This document shows positions 52,429 through 64,000 of a stretch of 64,000 nucleotides of DNA, piece by piece; the first letter of the stretch is position 1; each line of letters starts with the position of its first letter. The position numbers were made by a program, and so were the translations under genes. The stretch comes from Nymphaea colorata (Eukaryota). The notes under the pieces were generated by a model. The model did no database searches, had not been told where the DNA came from, and was given only the letters and a program-made list of their open reading frames with translations. Where the stretch lies: NCBI RefSeq assembly GCF_008831285.2, contig NC_045138.2, positions 32,178,001-32,242,000 on the forward strand. Reading direction: 5' to 3'.

Positions 52429-52433
<5 letters not shown>

Positions 52434-53636
52434 GATATTATAACTCAAAGATAGTCGAAAGATTTCAACTTTCTATAATCAGCCCATTTAAATAAAATAA
52501 AGTACGTATAGTATTAATTTATTTTTCAATTTTTTAAAAAAATCGTTAAATAATTATATTCATAATTGCTACATGATTAATTTAATATAAATTTTACAAC
52601 AATTAATGAGACAAATTTTTTTTTTCACCCTTTATATATATACATAACAAGTAGCAGTTAAACCCTCCTATACTATATTCGTTAGGAATTATTTAGGTTA
52701 TTTAATCAAAAAGATACATGAAAAATATAAAGATAAGCTATTTTTTCAAAAGTCCAAAATATCATTCAAATAACAAGAAAGAGATAATGACAAATAAACA
52801 AACAAATTTTGTGGGCATTTTTGCATTTCATATTACAATCTAATCTCCTCTATCAAATTCCTGGAATCAAGTGCTTAAATAATCCCCAACAAAATCAATA
52901 TGAACAAGTAGTTACTAGACTCTTATATATCATGTTAAATGGAAATCATTTGATCGTCGATTCTAAGCCGATGAAAGTTGGGAGACTAAGTTGAAGATAT
53001 AAAAGCTCAACTGTTTTTTGAAGAGAAGTAAATGTCATTCAAATCAAGCGATTATCCTAGTTCAAAGAAGCTGATTGTTTATCTTTTTTTTTTTCTTTCT
53101 CTTACTATCTCCTTCTTTGAAGAGTATTTCAGCCTCTTAAAAATAAATGGTTATACTTATTTCAATTTAATCTTCACGATGTAGATTGTCGAATGTACTT
53201 AAAATTGACAACCAAAACTTTTCTCACTAAAATTGATGTAAATGGTATGGTACTAATATATTTTCTTTTATAAAATATATAGCGCAATGAATAGTCCAAT
53301 AAATAAATGAAAAAGAGGTTGGGCATCGATTCAATTTTTTCTTTTTTCTTTATCATGTGCTGGTTTTTGAGTTCCATGTTTTCCGTACGGTTCATCAAAG
53401 GGAGAGAAGACAGTATGGAAGAAAAAAAAAGACAAAAATAATGAAAAAATTGGTTGAAGCCTCAATATATAGCAAAAAATGACAGGTGCAAGATCCTTAC
53501 CCATTCATATAGGCGGAGGAAGGAAAAAGAGAGAGGAAAAAATGCATGGTATTTTAACCAATTAGTATTAATTCACACCATCCTCCAGTAACAAAATCAA
53601 AGTCGAAGATCGTTCCCGATTGGTCTACCATTCAGG

Positions 53637-53758
53637 ATTTGGCTACCCGTGAAGATTCTCAAATTACAATGGATTTGGTTACCCATGAAGATTTTCAAAT
53701 TAGAAAATCGAAGTAGATTGTTCCAATTTGGCTACCCGTGAAGATTCTCAAATTACAA
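53637..53758. repeat. Three imperfect direct repeats of about 30 bp
   Basis: ATTTGGCTACCCGTGAAGATTCTCAAATTA at about 53637, 53673 and 53726. Confidence 0.9.
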
Positions 53759-55643
53759 AAGCAAAGACTAAGATCATTCCTAATGGTACCATTAAAGGAT
53801 CTGACTTCCTGAATAAGCTCCCTCCCATCTGGATCAAATGAGAGGGAGAATCGATAAAAGTTGGGGGAGACACAGAGGAAGCCACCGTAAACTGGCAGCG
53901 ATAGCGAAAGAGCTAGTGGAGCTTCAAGGCAATGCGATTTGTATGGCCTTGTGGGCAAAAGCTAAGGGCATCAGGGGACTCGAGACTAAAGGCGGGTTAC
54001 TGGTAAGGTACTGAAAGATCTCGGCAAGAAATGGTAGGCCCAAATCGTTGCCCAAACTCTCTTGCCTTTATAGTTGCTCCTCTTGTCGTTGTCCCTCTCG
54101 CGACCGTCCCTCCTGTTGCCCACTCCCTCGTGTCATCGTCGCTTTCTCTCACTTGCCATTGCCTTTGTAGCGGTTGCCCTTCCCAATGCTGTCAGCTTCA
54201 CAGGTATGCCTCTTTCTTTCTCTTTTCCTCTATCTCTCTCTCCTTCTTCCTCTCTCTATATGTTGGCCATTTGTCGATGCAGACGAGATAGGTGCTACCA
54301 GAGCAACCTCTCTCTTCCTCTCCCTGATTTTGTAGCTTTATTTTCTCCCAATTTTCTAGGATTTATAGCGATAGCATATCACAGGAGAAATAGCGGTTGA
54401 ACCCCTTTATCTCTTTCAAATTAACTTCTTTTAACAACATACACCATTAGTTATAACCTTAATTTGATTAGATTAGTGCCCTACTCTTGAAAAGCGATCC
54501 AATTTAAATTTAAAGGAAACTTAGTTCTCACAAAGAGTGCAAAGAAACCAGTCTTTAAGAGGAGGTAATGAAGCGATCAAAGAACACAAAAGATGATGGT
54601 CATAGCAGAGCAACTATTGGAAGCACACAAAATAATGAAATTATCTACGGGCTTTATTGGAACAACACTCTATTACTAAGACTATCCAAGTGCATCACGA
54701 TTTGACTATTATTATCCTTCAATCATGATGAGTTCAATTGGAATAATGCGATCCATAATCAATAAAATACTGCTAAATTTTGTGACCATGCTTGCTTCTG
54801 TTTTTCCTCTTTCCCATGTTTAGCATCTGAATTATATTTAGTCTTAATTTTCCTTTGCATTAAATGTAACAGAATGAAATTGTGTTGTCCTTGCATCCTG
54901 TTGAAAGCCTCATGATGTTCTTGAATTGGGAATGGTAGAATATGATAAATTTATCCTCTTGGATTCTATCACATCATTGTGAGTTAGCAGCTTCTTTTAT
55001 TACGTTGAAAGGGTTTATCTTATGCTTATTAGTATTCAACATTGTGCTGGTTAACTTATGTTACCCTTATGATGGGCTATTTCACACTATGAGAAGGAAA
55101 ACGTGATGTTGTCAACAAAACAAAGAATTGTTTGTTTATGCTGGTTCAAATGCTTTGGCAATAGTGACTGTAGAATTTCAGTTATGGAAGTTATTGAACC
55201 TATGACTTTACATTATTCTTAACTTAAAAAGGGGCAAAGGGAAATGGTACAAGGCTATTCATATGAATGTGGATGTTTTGAATATGGAAATGTAGTGACT
55301 GATTAAGTCTGTTGGGATCAATTTTATGAAATTCGAACTTATGTCAATTTTAGAATCTAATGAGTTAAGGTTTTTATCTTAACGTGTCATTCAAATTAAA
55401 TGCTTTTGGAATTAGTTTTGAGAATCTTGGTTTTGGTGTAATCTGATTTGTGTGATTAAACAAAGGCAACTGCAGGTTGTGAACTCCATCATTTTACATT
55501 GGACACTTAAGGGAATAGTGTGCTGATTATTTTGTTGTTGGTGATAGTTACCTGAGCATTTGCCCATTATGAGAGCATTATGACCTGCTATGCTTGAAAT
55601 AGTAGCTTTCACAAGTTGGCTAGTTGAGTTAATTGCTGATAGC

Positions 55644-55848
55644 CAGGGGCAGAGCCAGGATCTTTTTCAAGGGCGGGCCAAACGGTCCAATGAACTTATT
55701 CGGGTAGGGCCAAACTAAATCAGAATCTAAAAAATACATTACGCAACTAAAAATTTTAAATTTTTCTAATGTAATTTTTTTTTTTTTTCAGTTAGTTGGG
55801 ATAGGGCCACGGCCTAGAACCCCCCCCCCCCCCCCCCCCCGCCCCCTA
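55644..55848. mobile_element. Non-autonomous hAT-type MITE (CAGGGGC.GAGCC family)
   Basis: Starts CAGGGGCAGAGCC and ends poly-C...GCCCCCTA. TSD CTGATAGC / CTGATAGT matches 7/8. Internally similar to 27561-27748. A second degenerate copy seems to follow at about 55865-56022. Confidence 0.8.
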
Positions 55849-58800
55849 CTGATAGTGGTGGCTTCAGGGCAGAGCTATAATTCTTTTCCTGAGGAGCTTC
55901 TCTATAATTTCCAAAATTTATATGGGGCCATTTTGAAAATGTTAAGCAGAATTATATTTTTTAGAAACTTAGGGGAGAGCCAGCCACCACCGCTCCCCAC
56001 CCACACCCCCCCCCTCCCCTCGTTGGGTGGCTTATGATTTAAGAAGATTATAGTTTGTTGACTTCTTGATACTTGTATATGAAGTGCATGTCTCCATTAT
56101 ATCTAAATATCAAGAAATTGTCATTGACCAAACTATGAAGTTCATAAAATTTTCCTTATTTTATTCTTAAATGCTAAGCCACTGCTATTAATAAATAGCA
56201 CAGTTGTCCAGCTTTTAAGACACGAAGTTTTAAGCATGAAAGTTGATGATGCTTCCTTAATATGATGGGCATATGTGGGCGCACTGGGAAGGCAACACAT
56301 ACAATAGCAAAACTTCATTTTATCATCTCAATTATCAAAACATGTGATGTATTATTCTATATGGGGGTCGCTCTTGTCGATAGAGTTCAACTTTCAAAGA
56401 TACTAGCTGGTAAATTGGTAATGCTATTGTTTGGTACGAAGACTTAAATGATTCCTACCTATTTGGATATCCTACTTGTATTTGATCTTTTCTAACATAT
56501 GTTTAAGGAATTCGCTTAATTTTATATATGCATTTGTGGTCTTTTGGTTTCTGATAAATTTTGTAAATTTCATTGATATTTCAGGTTTTGTTCAAATGGC
56601 AAACTCCTCCACTTACCTGAGGCATTGATGTGAATATAGATATCTAACACCGATTTGCATAGTAAAAGTGGACCAAAATTTGAGATGCTTTTCTGAAATT
56701 AGGTATGGGGATGCTACCTCAAATTGTTAAATTCTATAAGAAAATTGTGTGTTGTCTGCTTTTAACTTCTTGTTTTTTATTACTGTAAGGAACAAAAAAA
56801 TGAAATGTTGTTGAAAGAAGATTATTCATATTTATAAAAAAAAACCTTCATTTTTAAATCAACCAATTCGAGGATTCTCTAACAAAGTCATCATATATTA
56901 ATATATTATTGAAGGCTTACCATTGACCTAGAACTTCTTTTGTTTGGTTGGTCATCATGTGACTTTCTGCCACAGAAAGTTCAGCAAGGTGAAACAGTAG
57001 TGTATGTGTCATAATTAGGAAAGATGCATTTGATCATTTTATCTATTTATTCAAGTTTTAGTTCATGCCCATCTTCTTGTTATCATGTTGAGCCTGTTAA
57101 TAGAATTAGATGGAAGAAGTGATAAGGATTCATTTATGGAGCATGAACTATATTTAAGGACAAAGGATTACAAGTAAGAAATTCGGATTACAATAAGAAA
57201 TCCTCTTAATATTCTAATGTTCTAGACTTCTAGCTAAAACTGCTTTAATTATTTTTTTTATTAATTTTATGCAGATTCAGATTAGCCACTTTGGTCGACT
57301 TCTTGCAGAGATCAGGTTGAACAGTGATTAGAATTTACTCTTATGACTTCCACAAACTCATGAACTGATATTTATGATTTTATTCCATATTTGCTTTCCC
57401 ACAACCTGATTGACCTCATTAATTTTGATATTTTGATAATTGATTTATTACTTGGTGAGCTAGATAGTATATATAGACATTGTGTCTGTCTTGTCTATAG
57501 GCACTCTTTTGTGTGGATTTTTTTTTCACTTTGCTTGAACATGGTTGTGGCATTTCTGCTGCAACTTATGTTCTCTTTTTCTCCTGTGCCATATATTAAG
57601 CATGCATCCATGACTTCTTGTTGGCGTATTTTGTGCTCTCCTGCCATAAGCGGAGCGCTTTATCTGGCTAGTTGCGCCTACTTTTGCATGTGAGCCTTCT
57701 GCTTAAGTATCTATTTTGTCACAATGTTCATGCAAATTTCTTTTGAAACCTTCTTGTCGTTTGAATGTCTAGATTCTCTCATGGATCCAACATTAATAAC
57801 CCCAATGAGATTGTCAAAGCAGCTGAAGGCCATCACTTGGGTCTTGGGCATGGCTTTGCCAGTTTTGGTTTCTGGTGGCTCTGTAATCATATTGTTAGGA
57901 ACATTATTGATTGCTATTATGGTTCGTTTTCACAGGTTGATGTTTTTTTCCTTGAACTGTGGTTCATTTTCACAGGTTGATTGCCATTATGGATCTCTTT
58001 ACTTCCTTGGTAGACAGTAGGCACTAACATCTGATTTATCAGACACTTTTCTCCGTAGCATTTGCTGCTGGGGATTAGGCTCCCCGAAGCCTTTTATTAC
58101 CAAAGGATTAATGCATTACAGGAAAACAAGAATGACCAGACGCTTGTCTCAAGCATATATTGTTGATTCCTATATCTTTAATGGCAATTCTGCTGTGGCT
58201 TTAAGTTTGATTATCATGTTATGCCTTTACATGCTGTCCCACCTTCAGATGTTAGTTTGTGCATCTAACTTCACCTTCTTGTTTGCATTGTGATCAAGTT
58301 TTCCTTGTATTGGTCGATTTTGTTGTGGAGATGCACTGCCACATGCATATTGATATCCACAGGTTCTGTGATGTAAACTTTTATGAACATTTTTTTTGGG
58401 AGGATGCGTTGGTAATAATAACTTAGCTGGAGACGGTGACAAAATCACTGGTATAGACGCATTAAAAGCCACGATCAACGACCGGCCACTATGCTCATTT
58501 ATTTGTATCATTACTGATGCATGTTTCATGTCAGTAAATGTTTCTCTTCCTTTTTTATTTTGTCAGTAAAACTTTCATTGACACTGCACTGACTTTTTTT
58601 TTTTAGCGCCAGTAGGTATGTTGTAAAAGGTTTACTGATGCTTTGTCTCTCTTTAGTAATATCATTTTGGCACTAATAAGGGATCATTTTTTTGTACGTG
58701 GTCTTCACGTTCACAGCTTCAGTAATGTTACAAAAACCAATGTAATTAGACTCGATCAATTTTCCTTTGAGGTATGATACTAGAAATGATAAACTAGCTC

Positions 58801-59867
58801 ACTGAGGAACTCATACAATACATTCTTGATAAATTACGTAAATCAATATGTTGAAATATACATCCGTTTATGTTATACAGTTCCACATTCAGACTTCAGC
58901 TTTTTAAACATCTATGATACTTGACTGATTTCATTCTAGATCTATTAATTGCATTTTTTGTAATTTTCTAAGAACTATTCATCTTATTTCTTGTTAAATG
59001 AAAATCATTTTTTTGAGAAAACACAAGTAGTGGTATATGTTTATTGAATATTATGCACATACCACTTCTTCTCTTAATTAAGTTTTATACACATTTATGC
59101 TTTGCAACTATGTTTGGCATTTGCTTTTTCTTTTCTCTTCTTGTCTTTTTGTATATTGGAGTCGTTCTCTCTTGCAAGAAAATTGTTTCCAGTATATAGC
59201 ACTTCACTTCCTTTTTGACTCACATACATCATACATGTGTATAAAACCACACACACACACACAGAGTAATACTCTTATACTTGTCTGTCATTGTTAAACA
59301 TCGTTTCAATGCATAATATATATTCATTGAAATATTTGGAACTAGCTGTTGGTTTAACTTTGTCCAGTCGACAAAAATAAAAAGTATTTTAGTCTGCATC
59401 CATCGTATCATTTCCTTTATTCAGATGTTTTAATTTTTCATTTTACAATCATCTCATTGACCTTAACCTCTATCACACCTTCACTTGTATTTGCAAGCAT
59501 AGTTGAGCTTCCTTCTTGCATTTGGATATGTAGTGCTGCAATTTTAACACATATTTGAAGGCCTTCCTGGCATAGAATTAACAACTAAATATATGTTTAA
59601 AATTTTAGTCTCAAGAGTTTGCATGTTATGAAGTATGTAGAAACAAGAGTTGCAACTAATGAACCATGTATTATAGGGAAAAAATATGAACACTTTAGCA
59701 TATAAAACGCCTAAAACGAAAAAAGAAAAAAAAAGGAAGCACCTCTACTTTCAACTTGAATAAATCAAGAAATTAACTCATTATTTATCCTTATGGCAAT
59801 GGACAAATGTTCTAAAATACGAGACTTAGTATTCGTATAGTTATACCAAGTTTTCATGCTTATGGTC

Positions 59868-60055
59868 TTGAGGAGTGTAGCGTAATTGGTCAAACTGGCG
59901 ATAAAGGGCTGGTCACTGGTTCGATTTCTGTTAATGCTACTCCCCTGTATTGCAAATGGTGCATGACACTTAGTTGACGGATGTCACGTTCCTTACCCAA
60001 GTTTTGAAGCAGTGGCAGGGAAAAAGGGGGAGGGGCTTCACCTCTTCGGGGTATC
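59868..60055 (+). mobile_element. tRNA-derived SINE
   Basis: A-box TAGCGTAATTGG and B-box GGTTCGATTTC at Pol III type-2 spacing, followed by a non-tRNA body shared with 62294-62520 and 42900-43010. Confidence 0.65.
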
Positions 60056-60072
60056 TCCACAATTACTGTGAC

Positions 60073-60191
60073 CAAGCATAACATATTAATGTTCCCCTCA
60101 AGTTATGCAGCATGTTACAAAATGAAGAGAAAAAGCATAACATATTAATGTCCTCTCAAGTTATGCAGCATGTTACATAATGAAGAGAAAA
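60073..60191. repeat. About 59-bp tandem duplication
   Basis: AAGCATAACATATTAATGT.C.CTCAAGTTATGCAGCATGTTACA.AATGAAGAGAAAA occurs twice. Confidence 0.92.
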
Positions 60192-60875
60192 TTTGCAGCC
60201 ATAGGAGTTTTTCATATTACAATTCAACATTAAATAGTTAGAGGAAATATAGGTATAGCCCAATTAAAAGTACCCAATGTCCAAAACTACGTCTCCTATT
60301 GTTTTGAAAAAGCAAATAACAAGCTTACAAAAACATGAGTTTAAAAGGAAACTTCACTGTGAACGCTAATCTGCATATATCCATTTCCTAATGTACTAAG
60401 TTTCTAAGGTATAAGCTTCTAAGCTGAGCTCAATGTAAGAATACCTTAATCATTATAACTCCATAATGATACAATGAATAATCATTCCATAGCAAAAATA
60501 TAATTGTTTATTTTATACGCATAGCACATAAACTATATAAGATGATTCCTCATAGATCCATAACTCACAAGTAGGGTTGGGAAACAAGACGAGCTGAACA
60601 GTGAATAATATTTAAACTCATTCTGGTACTTTATTAAAGCAGCTTTAACTTGGCTCATGTTTACTATGAGTTGAACCTAATTCATTTGACAATAAAACAT
60701 ACTTTCTAGTGCTCGCCAAACATGAGTTCTTTCATTTATATAAGAAGTTGAGCTTGAAATTCACTCTTACTGCTTTGTGAGTCGTGACGAACTCAGCCAA
60801 GAAGCTAAGCACCACGCCTGTTTTGACACTAGCAAAGATGGGTCTGGACTGCAGTCAATGTTACGTGGGTGCGGT

Positions 60876-60919
60876 CCGTGATCCTAGTGAGGTTGCCCGT
60901 GATCCTAGTGAGGTCGCCC
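60876..60919. repeat. 21-bp tandem duplication
   Basis: CCGTGATCCTAGTGAGGT(T/C)GC occurs twice. Confidence 0.9.
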
Positions 60920-61664
60920 AATGATTATGCCCCTTTTCTGCCCGTTTGCATTATATTAATTGTATTTTTAAACAAACATCATGTTTTCTTACCTTGATTT
61001 TTCTTATATTTAACGTGTTGCATATGTTTTAATAATGCCATTATAATGCGCAACTTCTTCAAGTATTAAATTGTAGAGAATTTATATCAACTTTGAGTTT
61101 GTTTATTGGCTTGGATTCAACATTCTCTGAATCCATGGACTTTCAAGGAAAAATTTTCTTGTTCTTGAAGAACTGAACCAAACCTTGACCTTGTGCAGAT
61201 TTGGTTAACTTAAACGAGTTTGGCCTTAAGAATTGGCACTTAGAATTTGAAGAATTACAGCTGTTAAGATATTTGGTCTTCAGCTTTTGATGTCTTGGAT
61301 CTTATATTTTGGTCGTTCAATTACATCTATTTTGTTTTCATATTTTATTCTTCTTTAATTTGTATGTACTGTTTTGGCCTGGACAGGCTTATGTCTAGAT
61401 CCTAATTTGCCTAGTGCTTTTGGCTATGTAGTTGCTATCTCAAGTCCATCTACCTCCTTGTAAAGTGTGAACAATTTGAACTAATATAAGCTTTGTAAGA
61501 TGCTCTACTTAATTCATGTGATTTATATTCATTGTCCATATCTAGTTGTCTTATTACTATGCCTATTAAGTGTTTTTAAGTGCAAGCTGTGAACACATTC
61601 TTGAAAAGAACGTTTGTTTTAGTTGCTAAAGTTGTTTTGCACGCTTTTGAAAGGTTAATTTTCA

Positions 61665-62068
61665 GAAAAACACCTAAGGGGTTGATTATAAAAAAACAGT
61701 TTTTCATATGGTTAATTTAACCAGGGTTTGCACAATAATAAAAACACACATCCTCGTTTTGTATTGTCAAAAAGACACCTGGGTTTTTGCACTATTATGA
61801 CAAAGAACTGTTTTCCATTAGCCCCGGGTCAGTGTTGCTAACTTGAGCTTGGGTCATTATAATAAAAATACCAAGATGCCCTTAATAAAGACCAATTGAT
61901 TGTCATTTCATTAGTTTGACCATAAGTTTTTTGTTAATTTAACCATTGAATTTTTAAAATAATCTAATGAATATTTTTCAATATCTGGACAAAATATGAG
62001 GCTTTTTCTAACAGTATGAAAGGGTGGGTTTGTTTTTTGTTATTACTAATTTTTTAGGTGTATTTTTT
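61665..62068. mobile_element. Possible Mutator-like non-autonomous fold-back element
   Basis: Imperfect inverted ends (AAAAACACCTAA...ATAAAAAAAC / GTTTTTTGTTAT...TTAGGTGTATTTTT) and an internal inverted GGTTAATTTAAC / GTTAATTTAACC. TSD not resolved. Confidence 0.35.
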
Positions 62069-62293
62069 GAAAATTTCTTCAAAAAACAAAAGGAAACTAG
62101 AGGAAAAAAAATGTAGTAAGATGTGCAACTCTAAGCTTAGCCCCTGAGGCTCATGAGTCGCTACCAAGATTTTAGTTGCCACACAAAGATCTCTGTCCAC
62201 TATTTTTTTCAAAAAGAAAAATATTATAACTTGGGCTCTCATTGCACATTATCTTGGCACTTGCTTTTCAAATGAAAAGAAACTAATTCAGAT

Positions 62294-62520
62294 GAGGGGC
62301 GTAGTGTAGTTGGTTGGGCTGGCCAATCTTTGAGAGCTCGGTCGTCAGCTTGATTTGCATAGCCGTTACCCCTTTTGATGGCAAATAGTGGCAGTGCGAC
62401 ACTATAGTTGACGGGTATATCATAGGTCCACTTGCATCTTAAAGTTGCCGTGAACCCCAGGGTGAGGGGGAGGGGGGAAGCTTTCAGCCCTTCTTCGGGC
62501 AGGTTTTGCTTACCCAAGGG
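62294..62520 (+). mobile_element. tRNA-derived SINE, diverged copy
   Basis: The GAGGGGCGTAGTGTAGTTGGT head, GCAAAT.GTG...GACACT.TAGTTGACGG body and GGGGGAGGGG...CTTCGGG tail align with the 59868 copy. Confidence 0.6.
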
Positions 62521-63123
62521 ACTAATCCACATAGAATCCGAGACACATTTAAACAAATAAAAATTTGTTAAATCTGTATAAGCCATATGAGAGAAATAAA
62601 AGAAAGAAATAAAGAAACCTTACCTGGGCTAGATAGCATCTTGTGAATGCTAGAAATTCAAGCTAACACATTCATTTACAGAAAACTTGAGTTAAAAAAA
62701 AAGTAAAAAAAAAAAGGTTGAGCTACCCTTGGATGGGCTTGAAGAAGGATTTAGCTTGCTATAGGCTGAGCCCACTTTGTCAAAGATCACATGAGCCTGC
62801 TTCACTAGGTTCTATTAAGGGAGTCTACGGTATTATTTATAGTCTAGGGATCAGGTTGGGCTGGGCTAGATTAGAAAAAACAAATATTTTGAATGTCTTA
62901 AATGAATGGAATCATGGAAAGCTACCTTTGCTTATAATTTCCAATAGATGACAATGGGAGAATTTTGAAGAATACAGAAAAGAAAGACCTAAATGTGCAA
63001 GCAATGACGTTAAATACGCTATTCATGAATGCAAATCAAATAATTGGCCAAAATATCACAAAAGATCATATTATTATCAATATCATGGATGTGACAATAA
63101 GTCCAAGGACAACTTGGGTAGCT

Positions 63124-63480
63124 TAGGGCGGTACAATGAATCGAGCCAACTTGAACTTGCTCAGTTAAGCTCGACTCGAGCTGGAGTCATTTGTTAAATA
63201 GTTGAGTTTGAGCTTAACTGAAAACTCGATCTTATAAACGAGCCGAGTTACATGAGCTTGACTCGATTAAACTTGAGTAAGCTCATTTACTCTAAAGTTT
63301 CTTTAAAAAGTTCCACACTTAATACGAAGGAAAGAGATCAGGACAAAATGGGAGTTGGTAAACAAGCTCAAACAAGTCGAGCTCAAGCTGCCACTCGGTC
63401 TATCGAGTCAAGCATAAACTGACCTTGTACAACTTGACTTGTGCTTGAGTCGAGCTCGACTTGACTCATGTACAGCCCTA
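63124..63480. mobile_element. hAT-type MITE rich in GAGCTCGA motifs
   Basis: TIRs TAGGGCGGTACA / TGTACAGCCCTA match 11/12. Many internal TCGAGC/GCTCGA repeats. TSD degenerate. Confidence 0.7.
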
Positions 63481-64000
63481 GCCAAGCATAGGCGACAAGA
63501 CAAAGAGGACGACATGAGTTGTCGCTGGCAATGCTCAAGCCTGACTTTTAGCTAGGTGTGAAATTGGCATTTCTTGGGCTTATTGAAAGATTTAAACCTA
63601 ATGTGGTCCATCTTTTTTTGTGAGAGGTGTCTAGATAACATGATTTTGAGCGTTAAAACTCTACTTAAAGTGAGAATATCTAGACATTTCGAGATTATTC
63701 CTAAAATGTGTTTAGTGTTATCAAACTTGAAAATTTGTGTGTCAACTAAAAGATACTATCTGTTTTGAAATTACTTAGGCCAGATTCATGTAATTAAACC
63801 CAAGCTTGAAGGTTGGAAGTGCATGTTAGGCGCAATTTGCTCCATTTTGGTTTAAGAACACAAGTTACACGATTCCGAGACCAAATTCCATAAGATAGAA
63901 TAAGCCAAAAAGGCTAGAAGATTTCATATTCATAGTAGCCAAAATCTCCTAAGTTCCTAACCATACGGTTGATGATGTATTGGAATGTTCAAGAAAGGCT

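Larger units (their letters stand above)
54030..61500 (+). ncRNA. Candidate spliced long non-coding transcript (no credible ORF)
   Basis: A CT-rich first-exon-like segment ends at donor CAG|GTATG (54203). Exon-like 56585-56702 (TTTCAG...AG|GTATG) and 57275-57315, and acceptor TGTGCAG at 61198. T-rich plus-strand bias and many hairpins. No expression evidence. Confidence 0.3.

Noticed and set aside
57724..58020. 98-aa hydrophobic ORF
   Set aside because: T-rich composition explains the hydrophobicity and I recognise no homology; it cannot be fully excluded without a search.
58331..58340. ATGCACTGCC, matching the first 10 nt of miR408
   Set aside because: The rest of the mature sequence does not match, and there is no miRNA* arm.
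59868..59940. tRNA gene
   Set aside because: A and B boxes are present, but there is no cloverleaf or acceptor stem, and the body is shared with dispersed copies, so it is a SINE.

Overview
Flowering-plant nuclear DNA with GT-AG introns, MITEs and microsatellites; the species cannot be determined from the sequence alone. Five protein-coding genes were reconstructed by hand. (1) The 3' ten exons of a MUT9-like/PPK/HD16-type casein kinase 1 (+, 1-8423). (2) An intronless small basic protein with a YDPxxYxxNFD motif (+, 13113-13508). (3) A two-exon uncharacterised protein with SILK-like, RVxF-like and CaaX motifs (-, 21340-26009). (4) A polyol/monosaccharide transporter of the PLT4/PMT4 type (+, 38675-40586). 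(5) A three-exon conserved protein resembling HAPSTR1/C16orf72 (-, 46315-51987). Between genes 3 and 4, a full-length but dead 4.7-kb hAT transposon (TIRs plus a perfect 8-bp TSD) lies beside decayed PMD and FAR1/MULE transposase relics. hAT-type and Tourist-type MITEs, a tRNA-derived SINE family, LINE fragments and a probable solo LTR are scattered throughout. The best leads are a possible lipid-anchored PP1 regulator with an AUG-stop/uORF leader, the plant HAPSTR1-like gene, and an ORF-less region at about 54-61.5 kb with splice signals and many hairpins that may be a structured lncRNA. All family assignments come from remembered motifs, not from database searches.
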